Shown here one piece after another: positions 17,540-31,602 of a stretch of DNA of 64,000 bases (its first letter is position 1; the number at the start of each line of letters is the position of its first letter). A program made the position numbers and the translations under genes. The notes beneath the pieces are model-generated. The model was given only the letters and a program-made list of their open reading frames with translations, did no database searches and had not been told where the DNA came from. The stretch is from the NCBI GenBank assembly GCA_002189035.1, contig NEEC01000014.1:620001-684000 (forward strand), given 5' to 3'. Origin of the DNA: Utricularia gibba (lineage: Eukaryota > Plantae > Magnoliophyta).

Positions 17540-17679
17540 CGTGGATTCTGGGTTCTGTGAGCGGAAGCATTGCGATTTGGAAGGAAATGAGGTATAGGGA
17601 AATGGGTATTTTTCTACGTTGAGCGACTCGGGTGTTTTAGACTTTAAAAGCAAAAAAACCCTAGTGATATTTTGTGAAA

Positions 17680-19598
17680 ATGCGAAGAGGTTTGGGAAAA
17701 ATCCCGTGCTCTGTGATCGGTCGGCCCTCCAACCCTGCTGCTACATCCGTTGCGGCGGCTTTCTCAACTTCATCTGCCGGTGGCTCTGGCGGCGGAAGAG
17801 GTCGTGGTCATGCTTCGCCGTTCCAATTCACGGTTGAGGATCTGTCTAAAAGTGAACCAGCCGACCCTAAGACAGCCAAGGAGGCGCCGACTACACCCTC
17901 GCATGGCCGCGGCCGAGGCAGAGGTCAACCACTTCCATCGTCTCCGCTTCTTCCGTCATTCTCAGCCATTTTAGGCAGCGATCCTCCTATTGGCCGCGGT
18001 CTTGGCCGCATACCCACTGTGGCACCACGGAAGGATTCCGGTTCGCCGTCTGCTTCACCATCGAAGAGACCAGATACGGACCTTCCAGCCACTGTGGCAC
18101 CGCGGAAGGATTCCGGTTCGCCGTCTGCTTCACCATCGAAGAGACCAGATGCGGACCTTCCAGGTGAGGTTTTAAATGTTCTATCAGGTGCAGGCAGGGG
18201 AAGGCCGGACCTCCGCCCACTGATCATCCGGGGAAGTCGAAGCCTGTGAATAGACACATTAAGAAGCAAGAGCAAGAGCAACAACTAAAATCACCGGGAA
18301 CGTCCCCTCAGGAACAGCTGAGTCAGGAAGATAAGGTTTTGAAAGCGGTGGAAATATTGTCAAGAGGCGATCAAAAGTCTGGCACTGGCACCGGTGTAGC
18401 CAGAGGAATGAGTGGTAGAGGGGGTGGAAGAATGGCAAGAGGGCGCGGAAGAGGTCGTGGGGGAAGGACTGGAGAAAGAGGAAGAGGTGGACGTGATTCT
18501 CAATTTGTAAAGGCAGATGAAGATCAAGAAGACCCGTTTTTTGGTGATCCAGAAGATGAACAGAGAGTTGCCGAGAAACTAGGACCAGAAGTTATGAGCA
18601 TGGTGAAAGAAGGATTAGAGGAAATGTCGGGCAGGGTTTTGCCTTCTGTTTTTGATGATGCTCTTACAGAGGCATATGAGACTAATTTAGCGGTAATGAG
18701 CGGGTTCATATACAAGATTCCATCTTTTTGATTAGATTTTTCTTGTCTTCATTTGATGTATTACAAAACATGTGGTGCAGATTGAATGTGAACCAGAGTG
18801 GTTGATTGGAGATTTGCACACTAACCCTGATATTGATGAGAAGCCCCCAATTCCACTCCGTGATGCATTGGAGAAGATGAAGCCATTCCTATTGCAGTAC
18901 TGGAACGTGGAAAATCAGGAAGAGTGGGAGGTAATGCATCAACACATAGACTTTGGTTATTACTGAGCATTATCATTTCGTCATGAAGTGTTTTTTGGTA
19001 TTGAAGGTCTTATTTTGTTTCCTGTGTCGTCTCAGAAGTTAATGGCAAATTATTTTCTAATTGTTAACCATTCATTGCTGACTTCTGGTTCTTAAAATCG
19101 CATGGCTTTGTTTTGTTTACTTAATTGTTGTTACAGGCAATCATGGAACTAGCCGTGAAGGAGACAGACCCTATCATGAAAGAGATCGTTAGCCACTACA
19201 GTGGACCAGATAGAATAACTGCAAAGCAACAGCAAGCACAGCTCGAGAGCATTGCCCAAACCCTTCCTCCTAGTGCACCTTCCTCCGTCAAACGTTTCAC
19301 TGAAACTGCTCTCCTCACATTACAGGTATAATCAAAGGAAGCCTTCCCTTAGGTATTGTATTTCAAGCCACTTTTCAGCAGAGGCGAATCATTGACACAC
19401 AGAATGAGCTTGGTTTTTTTTTTCATCTGTTTACTCTATCCTTTGCCCAAAAATGCTTGAACACCAAGTGGTTCTTGGTTGGCTTCATGTTTTGATTGGA
19501 TGCTGTCAAATTTGCAGAGCAACCCAGGTTGGAAATTCAACAAGAAATGCCAGTTCATGGATAAAATCGTGAAGGAGGTGTCTCAGCACTACAAATAA
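17680..19598 (+). CDS. Gly/Arg/Pro-rich putative mitochondrial protein (resembles Arabidopsis At1g53645-type, recalled as a plant mitoribosome component); -1 frameshift at G-run 18197-18200
   Basis: Presequence-like MRRGLGK...FSTSS, repeated GRGRG motifs, conserved C-terminal exons (IECEPEWL, NPDIDEKPPIPLRDALEKMKPFL, YSGPDRITAKQQ, SNPGWKFNKKCQFMDK). Family assignment from memory. Confidence 0.75.
18016..18163 (+). repeat. In-frame tandem duplication, 75-bp unit x2 (TVAPRKDSGSPSASPSKRPD[T/A]DLP)
   Basis: Units begin at 18016 and 18091 and are nearly identical at DNA level. Confidence 0.95.
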
Positions 19599-20195
19599 GC
19601 TTGGGGTGGCTTCAGTTGTTCACCAACTATTTGTCTCAACTTGTCTTGGCTCCGACAATCTGGTCTCTCTATGCGAGTTCTTCATTCCATTCTTTGTCCT
19701 GAACTTCCATGAATTCACAGGTGACAGAAAGAGGTCATTTATGTGAAATGACCTGTCAAAAACCAGAATTGATTGGTTATTTGAAAAAAAAACTCAGGAA
19801 TTGAAAAAGTAGCATTGACCATTGACTTGGGGATCATCTTCCAAGTTTACGCCTTTACAGTATGGTAAAAACTCCGGTTCCCTCAAATTTTGCAGTAGAG
19901 CACCCGCAATTATTGGTCGACAACTAGCGCGGCGGTCAGTTTTCTGGAGCACCGGCGATCAGTTCCGCCCTCATCGGATCCATTACTACGAGAACAGCAT
20001 CGGGTTAGGTGGGTGTCCCTCGTTTTTTTTGCCAAGGAAATATGAAAATTATGTTGACTCGTTGGTCGACGCCGCAACGGCGGCGGTGCTATTTTTTTCT
20101 GATTGTCGAATTGTGAGTCCCAGAATCGATAAGACGATTCTCCATGTACTGTTTGGGTTAAACGGCTTCCTGTTCCATTAACTCGTAGCGAAAAG

Positions 20196-21246
20196 ATGGC
20201 TTCTTTGAATGATAACTCAGCACCCAATTCGCCTCCTGATTCTTATGCCTCTGTGGTTCTTGGCGGTACCTTTGACCGCCTGCACGACGGGCATCGTCAG
20301 TTCCTCAAGGTTTGGTCCCCAACAAGTTGTTTATGTATTCACTTTGTGTCCTTTCTAAGGTTTCAATGCATTCTCCAGGCGGCGGCGATGGTGGCGGCGA
20401 ACCGGATAGTGGTCGGTGTATGTGACGGCCCTATGCTCACCAATAAAAAGGTATGCGACCAAGAAAGAGCCTGTAAATTTACGCTTACAGCAACTGTCAA
20501 GTATCAATGCGAAATTGTGTGTTTATTGCTGTGTTGCAGTACTCGAACCTCATAGAGCCAATACAACAAAGAATGATGCAAGTAGAAGATTATATCAAGG
20601 TGCTTTTCTACCTTTGTGCATTGTGTTTTTGGGAACACCTTTGAGTATGATAGTTCGCTATTTAGCCCAGTTTCCAAAAAAAAAGGTCTTTCTATTCTCA
20701 CTGTGATCGACACCTTGCCTCTTTGCCTCAGTCTGTGAAGCCTGATCTGGTTGTTCAAGTTGAAGCTATTGTTGATCCTTATGGCCCCTCAATCACTGAT
20801 GATAAACTGGATGCTATCGTTGTCAGGTGCGTTTACCTTTCTATGTACAACAAGTTCCTTTCAGACCAGAAAAATTTGCCTCGCTGAGATGCCATCATCC
20901 ACCACAAGTAGACTGAATGGTGTGTGCATATTGGTTAAGTAGAATAGTTTAGATCTGTGTATATTGGGATTGAAAAACAGCAGTGTTTACTAAAGAGTGG
21001 TGTGTTGCAGCAAGGAAACACTGCCTGGAGGGTTGTCAGTGAACAAGAAGAGGGCCGAGAGGGGGTTATCCCAACTGAAGGTTCTCCCGCCTTCTCTTCT
21101 TCACCTTCTGAATTCCAAACCTCACTTTTTCCAAAACTATGCAGCTCCAAGTGGTGGATTTAGTCCCCGAGGAATCGAGTGGGGAGAAGCTGAGCTCCAC
21201 GGCATTGCGGAGACTCGAAGCAGAGAAGACCCACACCGAAAGTTAG
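20196..21246 (+). CDS. COAD: Phosphopantetheine adenylyltransferase (CoA biosynthesis), 6 exons
   Basis: [14 protein letters not shown] (HxGH motif), [25 protein letters not shown]; ends EKTHTES*. Confidence 0.95.
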
Positions 21247-22594
21247 ATGGAAAGAGCGGCCCCTTCTCTGCACCACCATTCATTCAGACATGTGAATTGC
21301 AAGCCAAATGTATTTTATTCATAGGTTATATACAACCCTCCTTCTGAGTCTGTGTTGGTGGTGCTTCTGGATATCCTGTGGTTGGCATGGCATAAGGGAA
21401 GCCCCAAACCAGCCCAAAAAGGAGGAATCAAAAAAAGATTGCTTGTTCGAATGCGAAATTGACACAGGCCCTTGCACACCCCCAACTGCCAGTAGCGGGT
21501 TCGCCGCCACCGCCCAGCGGAGCGAACAGAACCCAGATCAACCGCATCCGCACAGGCAACCTAATGTTCGGCTTCTTACAGTTTTTTTAAACAAGGATTT
21601 AGCACTTAAAAATGTCGATGTGGGACAGAATATCTATTAAAGAAAATCAAATTCAAATGTAATGTCACATTCAAATGAAATCCATGGTTATTAAATTAAC
21701 CTTATTTTCATCATCCTCTTCAACCCATTGCATCTTGATATTTCAAATCCATCTCTTATCCTATCTAGAGTAAATCTCAAGGATGAATTCGTTTTCACAA
21801 GTTATATAGATATTATTTTAAAATAATATTATTTGGTAATCATTATAACATATTTTTATAACCAAACCTAAAACTATAACCCATCTAAGTTTTTACATGA
21901 CCCAAAAGATGGTTATATAGATTGGATATATGGATTTGGTTAGATGATCTTCAAACTTACATCTCTATCTTTTTATCCCATTTAGAGCTTATTTTTTTTA
22001 TGCACTTTCAAACCCATAGATTATTAGATTTTGGGTTATCTTCAAATTATTTCAAAAATATTCTAAAAATACATTAGAACAATTTCTCTTCAAAATTATA
22101 AAGTTAATTAAAAAATACAAAATCAATATATATTCAAGAGAAAATGAAACAAAATAACTAGAAAAAAATTATTAAAATAATGTAAAAATATATTTTGAAC
22201 CAACACAAAATCGTTTATCAATTATATAATTTTTTAGTAATTTTGATATTAAATATTCAAAATATTTGAATCAATCTTTAATTTTTTTAATATATATAAC
22301 ATATGGCATCGGTTTCATATCTTAATCTATTTTTTGGATAATAAATATACAAATAAATTTAAATTTCCTTCTTTTTGAATTTATAACGCACAACCCCTCG
22401 AACTTTCTACTATTTACACGATTTGCCCAGTGACCGCATTACTGTTGCGAAGGTATAAACAATGAAATTGGACGAGATTCGTCAGAAAACAACAATATTC
22501 TGCTCGGCAAAAATTACAAGAAGACGAAGAACGGGCATGCCTATCTACGATGCAGACCGCCGGATTTCAGTTCTCTATAACTCTCAGCTGTGAA

Positions 22595-24446
<1,852 letters not shown>

Positions 24447-27023
24447 GGCGGAGGACCGACAGCCCGAGCCGATAGACGAAGGGGAAAGAGGCGACCTTTT
24501 CGATTGGGCTTTTTTTCCAACTTATCCTCCAGCTCAGTAATCCACGTCAGCACACGGAAATCCTTTAACCAGGTGTAGCGGCCCCACTTCCCCAATCCCG
24601 CCTCGCCACATCATCCCCGGAACCCGAAGCGGTCACTCATGGGCCGCCTCAAGCAGCCCAAACAATATGGACTCATTTTGTTTAATATAAGTTCATTAAT
24701 ATTTAAACAAAAAATCATTCATATTTAATAACAAAACCGATTTTGAATTTTTTTTGTTAATAAATATCATTTATTCGTCACATGTAAGATAATATGTGAA
24801 AAAATGACTATTATACATGTAAAAAATTTATCTTAATATATGAGAAATAAATTGTTAGTGATTATTTTTCTAAATGAATCGCATAAAACTCTCTTTTTTA
24901 CTTTTTATTGAGACCTTTTACTATTTAATATTAATTATTTTCTTCTTCTTTTTCGAGACAACAACATTTACTAAAATCGGGGATTATTTTTTTATTATTT
25001 TTGGAAGAATTATTTTAGGGAGGGTGGAACCATACATAATTCAAAATAGTGGAGGCCACGACCGTACCGCACCAGCCCTAGCACGTAGCTACAAGTCGTG
25101 GAAAGTGAGGCCACGGAACAATAATGTTGCACTACTGCATCTATCCGTGAAATGGTCCTCTGCATAATTGACAACTTTCTGAATTGCGTGACAAGGACGA
25201 GTTAGGAAAATGGGGTTTAATATATTTTTTTATTTTAATCCAGGGGAAGACTTAAAACCATATGATAATAATATAAGACACGTGCCATTTAATCAAAAAC
25301 CTTATCGAAGAGCCACCGCGATTTGAGTGGCATATGATGGATTATGTTTAGCGTGCGCATTAAACCAAACAAAAAAAGAAAAACAAGGGCTAAAGTGACA
25401 GCCACGAGGACCCAATTTCTAGGTTGAGATTCGTTTTGATTTTAGTGCGGGATGGTTGATAGTATGTAGAGTAGAATTTGGGCATGGAAAACATAGACTA
25501 TCATTAGTGTCGGATCTTGAAAATGATAAATGTTTGTAACAAAATAAAAATAAGATTGCGCAATTTTTTAAAAATAGCAAATGTCACAACCTATGTTCAT
25601 CTTATATTACATTATTTACTTTGTATATTTAATTCTTATAATTTTATATTTTATTTATTCAGAAAAAAAAATCTCATATAAAATTAAAAGTATCACTCTA
25701 TTTATATATATACCATTTCATGTTTGCAATCAATATGAATATCATTACTAAATTTTTCGTTTTACATTCTCCATCTTTTAAACACTCAAAATCCTTTTTG
25801 AATGTCTCATTGACTTATCATTGGTATATGTCTAAATTTGACTTTGATATCAAATGTCACAATTTATGTTTTTTTGTATGATATTATTCGTATCGTATAT
25901 CCAAACTTCACAATTTTATGTTTTCTTCTTTTGGTAACGTTTTGTTTTTATACATAATCAATGTTAGATACTGTCACCAAATCCTTTGTCTAACATCAAA
26001 TGCTTATGTACTTTTTAAAACAAAAAATTATTACTACATGATAACAAAATTGATCTTGCAATGTTTTTTTTTTTATAAATAGAAACTATTGTATACATAA
26101 ATCGTAGCGTTGTTAACCTATAACCAAGATAAGAAATAATTAGAATATTTGATGGATGCAACTTATAAATTTTTCATATTTGATACATGAAAAATATACG
26201 AAAACTAATCTTTATTTTTCTTATATAAATAACATAATTTGTCCTTATTTGCAAAATCGATCCCCAAAGTTTCGTATATGGTTTTGATGAGTTTTATGTA
26301 GGGCGTGAATGATATATAATTGTGGGGGAGGGCGTTACCTTGACTGATTTGGATGGGGAGGGCATCGCTTTCCTTGATAAGCACTGCCGGCTTGTCCTGC
26401 TCAGGTACATTTGAACCATAACTATTCCTGGGAGTAAAGTAAAAATCTAATCCCTTGCACGTAACCCCCTTCCATTATTCAGTCTACGCCCCCTACAAAT
26501 TACTCACATTGACCGCCTTCCCCTTTCTATAATAACTAACCCCCCTAGGCTGGGCCTAGGGTTAGGTTCATCGATTACTGTTTTTTTATTTATTTTTGGA
26601 AAAGAAAAGAAAAATTGCCATTTTATTAATATGTACTGCGTACGCGAGGGTTGCTAAAATTGGCTTTTCAAATGATGGTTGATTACTTATTTAATAACTG
26701 ATAATCCTAATTTTTAATTTAGGAAAATTTGGACATCATCGAAAGTGGACAGCGATTTTTTGACTTTTTTGTATGAATCAATCCGAAATTGGGTTTTTTT
26801 TCTTTTTTTTTTGTTTAATATTGAGCCCATCCATGGGGCTTGTGGCGTAGTATATATTTGACCCTAGTTGCAAACGCAAGATCTCATGTTTGTTTTCTGT
26901 GTTCTCCTCTCTCTCTGGCGCAAGCCGAGGCTATGGAGTCATTGAGTTGTGTACGTACGCCGTGTCACCTGTGAAACGCGGAAGCAGGGGGAGGTGTACC
27001 GTTTTTTTAACTCCTGCGCATCA

Positions 27024-28014
27024 ATGGCGGTCAAAGCTCCGCGCCTTGGCGTGTTTCCGCCGAATATGCTCGACGTCAGGTAATGAATCGATCGTGATTT
27101 TCTGATTTGGTGATTTGAAAACCGCGTTTGGAGTTGTGATCCTTCGGTTGATGCAGCGGATTCGCGGTTGACGGAGATGGAAGAGTCGTAGGAGATCCGG
27201 TTTCGGTGCCTGCGGAAACGATGAGTCATGTGTACGGTTCCGTGCTCACCGACGGTTTACCGGAGATGAAACCGGATGGCGTGTTGATGTGTTCACGTAA
27301 GCGCCCGAGAGAGTTTCCGAACTCTGGATTCAGTGGCGGAGGCAGGTTATTTACGTTCCTCGGCGAGGATATCTCCGGCGAGATCCAAAATCAGATGCAG
27401 GAAATCGATTCTTTCCTCGCTCAGCACGTACGTGAATTTAGAATAGGAACCTTTACCCCGCCTCCATTTTCCGACGATTACATGCTTAATCCAATCATTC
27501 TGGACGACAGATTCAAGAAGCGGAAATAAACAAGCGCCGGCACTCTCGGAGAATCGCGGCGGCGGTGCAACAGGAGGCACTGAAAAAACTGCAGCAAAAG
27601 GATGAAGAAATCGCGAAAATCCTAAAACTGAACCTCGCCCTCGAGGATCGAGTCAAAACTCTGGCAGCCGAGAACCGATTATGGCGAGATATCGCACACT
27701 CAAATGAGGCGGCAGCGAACGCCCTTCGGTGCGATATTAATCGGATCCTCGAAGCGGTCGCCGACGATAAGCATCCCCGCCACGGCGACGACGACGACGA
27801 CGCCGCGTCCTCCTGCGGCAGCAACGGCCGCGACGTTCCCGACGACAGGTTTTGTCGGTGGTGCCGCACACAGGAATCCTGCGTGCTAATTCTACCGTGC
27901 AGCCATCTCTGCGTCTGCGCCAGTTGCGTCTCTGCGGTTCGCAATTGCCCGCTCTGTCATTCCCCAGCATCTTCCACGCTCCACGTTAACCCGTCCTTCT
28001 CAATGGCTAGCTAA
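27024..28014 (+). CDS. BOI-related (SBP family) RING E3 ubiquitin ligase, 3 exons (27024-27079, 27157-~27427, ~27511-28014)
   Basis: MAVKA start, coiled coil LQQKDEEI...LEDRVKTLAAENRLWRDIAHSNEAAANALR, C-terminal RING CRWC...LILPCSHLCVCASC...CPLC. Confidence 0.88.
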
Positions 28015-28176
28015 CACTCGACTAATACCTGTAAATGATATTTCCAAAACCCCACTGTATACACTTTAAGCTTTAAACCTTCATTTATAATATATAAACG
28101 CAAGAAAATCCCTGCGATCACCTTCACCACCCGACAACCGAACTTCAGAGCACTAAGCTCTTCAGCCAGGGGTTCT

Positions 28177-29373
28177 TCAACCAGAACAGGACACTGAGCT
28201 GCCTTCACTTCTACCCATCAAGGCCAAGTACTTGTCTCTGTGCTCCAAGAGAGGACACTTGTGCATCAATCTGGATCCATCATAAGCCTCCTTGAGCATG
28301 ACAGTGCTGAACACACCCTTGTTGGTGAGGTAAAAGATGCCATGATGTTTTATAAGGCAGAGCAGCAGGCGAGAAGGCAATCGGTACTCCGAATGGAACG
28401 CATCCATCTGCGAGGATGTCAATCTCTTCTCCATGGTCAAGCTGAGAAGTTCATGGAGCACTGCAACAGCTCTTTTCCGGGCCTTGGGATCGCCTGCCTC
28501 CACTCTCCGTGCGTTCAGGTAAGGGGAAGGGAATTCCATTCTTTGCCATCTCTGAACCTCCTCCAGGTAGCTTGTGTTCGGCCTAAAGCCAGCAGGGAAC
28601 TTGAGGCGAAAGGCGAAAGGGCCAGAAAAGCTGCCATCTCTGGATGCCTTTGCCCTCTTCGCCTGCGGATTGGATGCTGCTTCTGATGGGAGTCCCTGTT
28701 CACGGGCTGTGACTGCTAGAGAAGAATCCCAGTTCTCAAGATGGAGATACTCCCTGCCATTCATCGTGTCCAGCCTGAAATACTGAGGACACATCGGGAT
28801 CAGCGTCTTCTTGAAGTCAGTAGGCAATCCCAAGTCATCTGCAACGAGTTCAATGGTTTCCAGAGGTAGTCTGCAATCAACTGACAACATCAACAGCTTC
28901 CTCAGGTTCCTGACCAGTAAATGCTCCATCTTTGCCCTCACATCAGGTTCCATGCCTGCAATACTCTTAGCTTTCTCTGTCAAGGTGACTGCAGGTGGTG
29001 ATTTGTAGCCCTGGCTACCCATGACACGGAAGATGGTCGAGTATTTCTCGATCACCGCCATGCAATTCCATTTATCAACGAACCCAAAGAATTTCTCAAG
29101 GTCTCGCAGAAGGAGGTGCCCTGATTTCTGGGATTGTATGGTTGATATCAGTTGAAAAACCAAGGAAGGTTTCTTCCGGAGCTCCATGACTCTGTCAAGT
29201 TCATGCTCTCGGTGATACACTTTTTTCTTCGGCTTCCTCCCCGCCGTAGTTTTACGCATGATTTGCGTCTTTCTGTGACAAACAAAAGCGCCGAGCGCTC
29301 CCATTTCCGTCTTCCATCCAGCCACATTCTGCCGCGAGTGCACAAGGTACCCATAGAAACCCATTCTTCTCAT
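28177..29373 (-). CDS. PORR (plant organelle RNA recognition) domain protein, intronless
   Basis: Single long ORF; first ATG at 29373; motifs LRKLLMLSVDCRLPL, LGLPTDF, EFPSPY, KRAVAVLHELLSLTMEKR, HHGIFYL, TVMLKEAY typical of PORR proteins. Confidence 0.88.
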   Translation of the reverse strand: MRRMGFYGYLVHSRQNVAGWKTEMGALGAFVCHRKTQIMRKTTAGRKPKKKVYHREHELDRVMELRKKPSLVFQLISTIQSQKSGHLLLRDLEKFFGFVDKWNCMAVIEKYSTIFRVMGSQGYKSPPAVTLTEKAKSIAGMEPDVRAKMEHLLVRNLRKLLMLSVDCRLPLETIELVADDLGLPTDFKKTLIPMCPQYFRLDTMNGREYLHLENWDSSLAVTAREQGLPSEAASNPQAKRAKASRDGSFSGPFAFRLKFPAGFRPNTSYLEEVQRWQRMEFPSPYLNARRVEAGDPKARKRAVAVLHELLSLTMEKRLTSSQMDAFHSEYRLPSRLLLCLIKHHGIFYLTNKGVFSTVMLKEAYDGSRLMHKCPLLEHRDKYLALMGRSEGSSVSCSG

Positions 29374-29723
29374 GGGCTTTTCGTCGAGCACCTTGAATGC
29401 AACCCCAAAAGGTGAAATCACCTGAGTCAAATACCTGACGACGAGTTTCGCGCGGTCACGGGCTCCCTATTCAAACCAGAAAAAAAAATGGGCTAATGCT
29501 CTACAGCTGATCTGGAATATTTCAAGAACTTGCCATCGACGCCATTACTCGTCTGCAACCTATCACTGTTTAACCTGACGAGCGAATCGGCTCCAATCTG
29601 CCAGAGAGATGTCAGCCCAAGAACAAAATGTAGCAAATTCTGATTTTTCCACAAGATGAAGAGAAGTCGACATTAACTTTACATAGCTTTGTAAACCAAA
29701 CTTCACTAGTGACTGCTACTGAC

Positions 29724-31602
29724 TTAGTCCATGCCATTAGTTTCAGACCAACCGGGTTCATAGGTTTCAAGAAACCCAATCTTGGCCTTGTTTGGAAGAT
29801 CATGGGGGTGCACAAATGGAACACCTTGGGGCCAACCAATCTCCATTCTTGTGTTTGCACATGGACTGTCCACAGAGTGGATGTGATTCTCGCATTCCTT
29901 CAGGCTACAAAATCTCAACTTGATCCCCTTCTTATCAGCGATGTCTTGGACTCTTCCTTTCAGAACTCTTTGTGCCTCAAGCCTCAGCCTTTTCGAGGGA
30001 GGGAGAGGTTTACATTTCAAGCTGTTCTTCTTCCGCATTCCCGGTTTCATAGATCCTGTACCACCATTTCATCACCCCAAGGACCTGTTAAGTATTATAA
30101 GCTTCTTACTAATGCTACTACAATCATAAGGAATGAAAATGCAAAGAAGAAGGTTTGAAGACGGGAATCTTCACCTTTCGTTTGAAAATTAGAATCATTA
30201 GTTTTCAGCGTGGTTTCATGTACAGTCAGAACCAGTGTTTTTTTGTATAAAAAACATACAATCTGTTCAGTTACGCCAATGAAGAATGATAAGAGAATGT
30301 TAGGGCTTCATTTCAGCTGGCTTGTTTCGAGCCGAACCTCATGATTTTTACAGTTTTGTTGAGTTCCAGACCCCAAAAGAAATGTAATCTTTGCTATTAT
30401 TTTTTTTTTTTTGCAGATTCATCTAATCAAGAATGTGATATGAGCATCTACAGTGAGATAGAACAATACGAAAATGAACACGTAGCAGATGGAAACAAGT
30501 CAAGAACATGTTTGAGGTTCATATTAAGATGGCCACATGAGTTTCTACAAAAGAATAAGCAGCATACCTTCTTGGGTGGAGAAGTTGGAGGCAGATAGAC
30601 TATTCCTGTTGAGAAGTTGATCTGCAGACCTCTGCATGAAGTCATCCACAGGGACAGGAAGCTGGAATTGTGCTTCAACACCATGACCCGCAGCTCTCAT
30701 TTCTGAACAACTGATACTGGACATAGATTTAGGCAATAATTTGAATGCCAGAGAACAGCGCCCATACATGGAACCCTGCAGGCTGCCGATATCTGTTCGA
30801 AGCATAGCAGGGTTTATGTAACCTGCTGTTGCCTGGTATAAAGCAAGACCTGGACATACTATTGCTTCTTGAGGCCCAAGGTCACCATCCACAAGAACCC
30901 ATTGACCCTGAAAATCCCTTATATTAAGTCCGGGCTTGTCTGACTTGATGATAGTTAGCAGAGTTTTATAAACCTGATGGTCATGATCTGGGAACATTAC
31001 CAAATGGCCATCATCATGAGAAGTCAAAGAATGATGCTGTGCTCCTTGAAAAGAAGGCCTCCCATGACAACAAACAGACAAGACAGAGGATGATATTTCG
31101 CGGTCTCTGAGAGGAACATTATCAAGTACTTCAATGAAAGCTGAGCTACGAAGATTCAAGTAGAAGCTGATGGCGTCCAATATGTCCCTGGAGGCTTTTC
31201 CAAGCAACGCAAATACATCCCCTAAGCCAGCAGGGGGATTTCAATTTCATTGCCAGCTTCTGTATTAGTGAGTCCTGGTCTAAAATCAAATATCTCTTGC
31301 CATATTTCAGGATCCGCATGGTATCCAGAACTTCTGCACCACTCACGAGTGTCATCAGATTGCAGCCTATCAGCTGAAGGAAAAGACGGCTTATGATGAA
31401 AGTAGAGACGGGATGACTCCAAGCACGACCTCAGAAGAGCACCATCACTGCTGGGGAATTGAATGATAGCAGCAGAGTAGTGAGCTAATGACTGTGACAA
31501 TGTTGAAACTGATAACTTGTAGGCATCTGAAGGGAGACCTTCGGAGGGCATTAAATCAAGAAGTTTCACCCGGCCCAATGCTGTTAGGCCATTCTCTGCC
31601 AT
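29724..31602 (-). CDS. Plant 2OG-Fe(II) oxygenase-like protein (At3g12940-type), 2 coding exons; -1 frameshift at 31233-31237
   Basis: LGRVKLLDLMPSEGLPSDAYKL, GLALYQATAGY, RAAGHGVEAQFQLP, KPLPPSKRLRLEAQRVLK, IGWPQGVPFVHPHDLP. One extra C restores EIPPAGL and joins ORFs 31222-31620 and 30545-31207. Confidence 0.85.

Noticed and set aside
21250-21600. Short ORFs on both strands downstream of PPAT
   Set aside because: No recognisable domain and no credible splice or start context; probably 3' UTR or intergenic.
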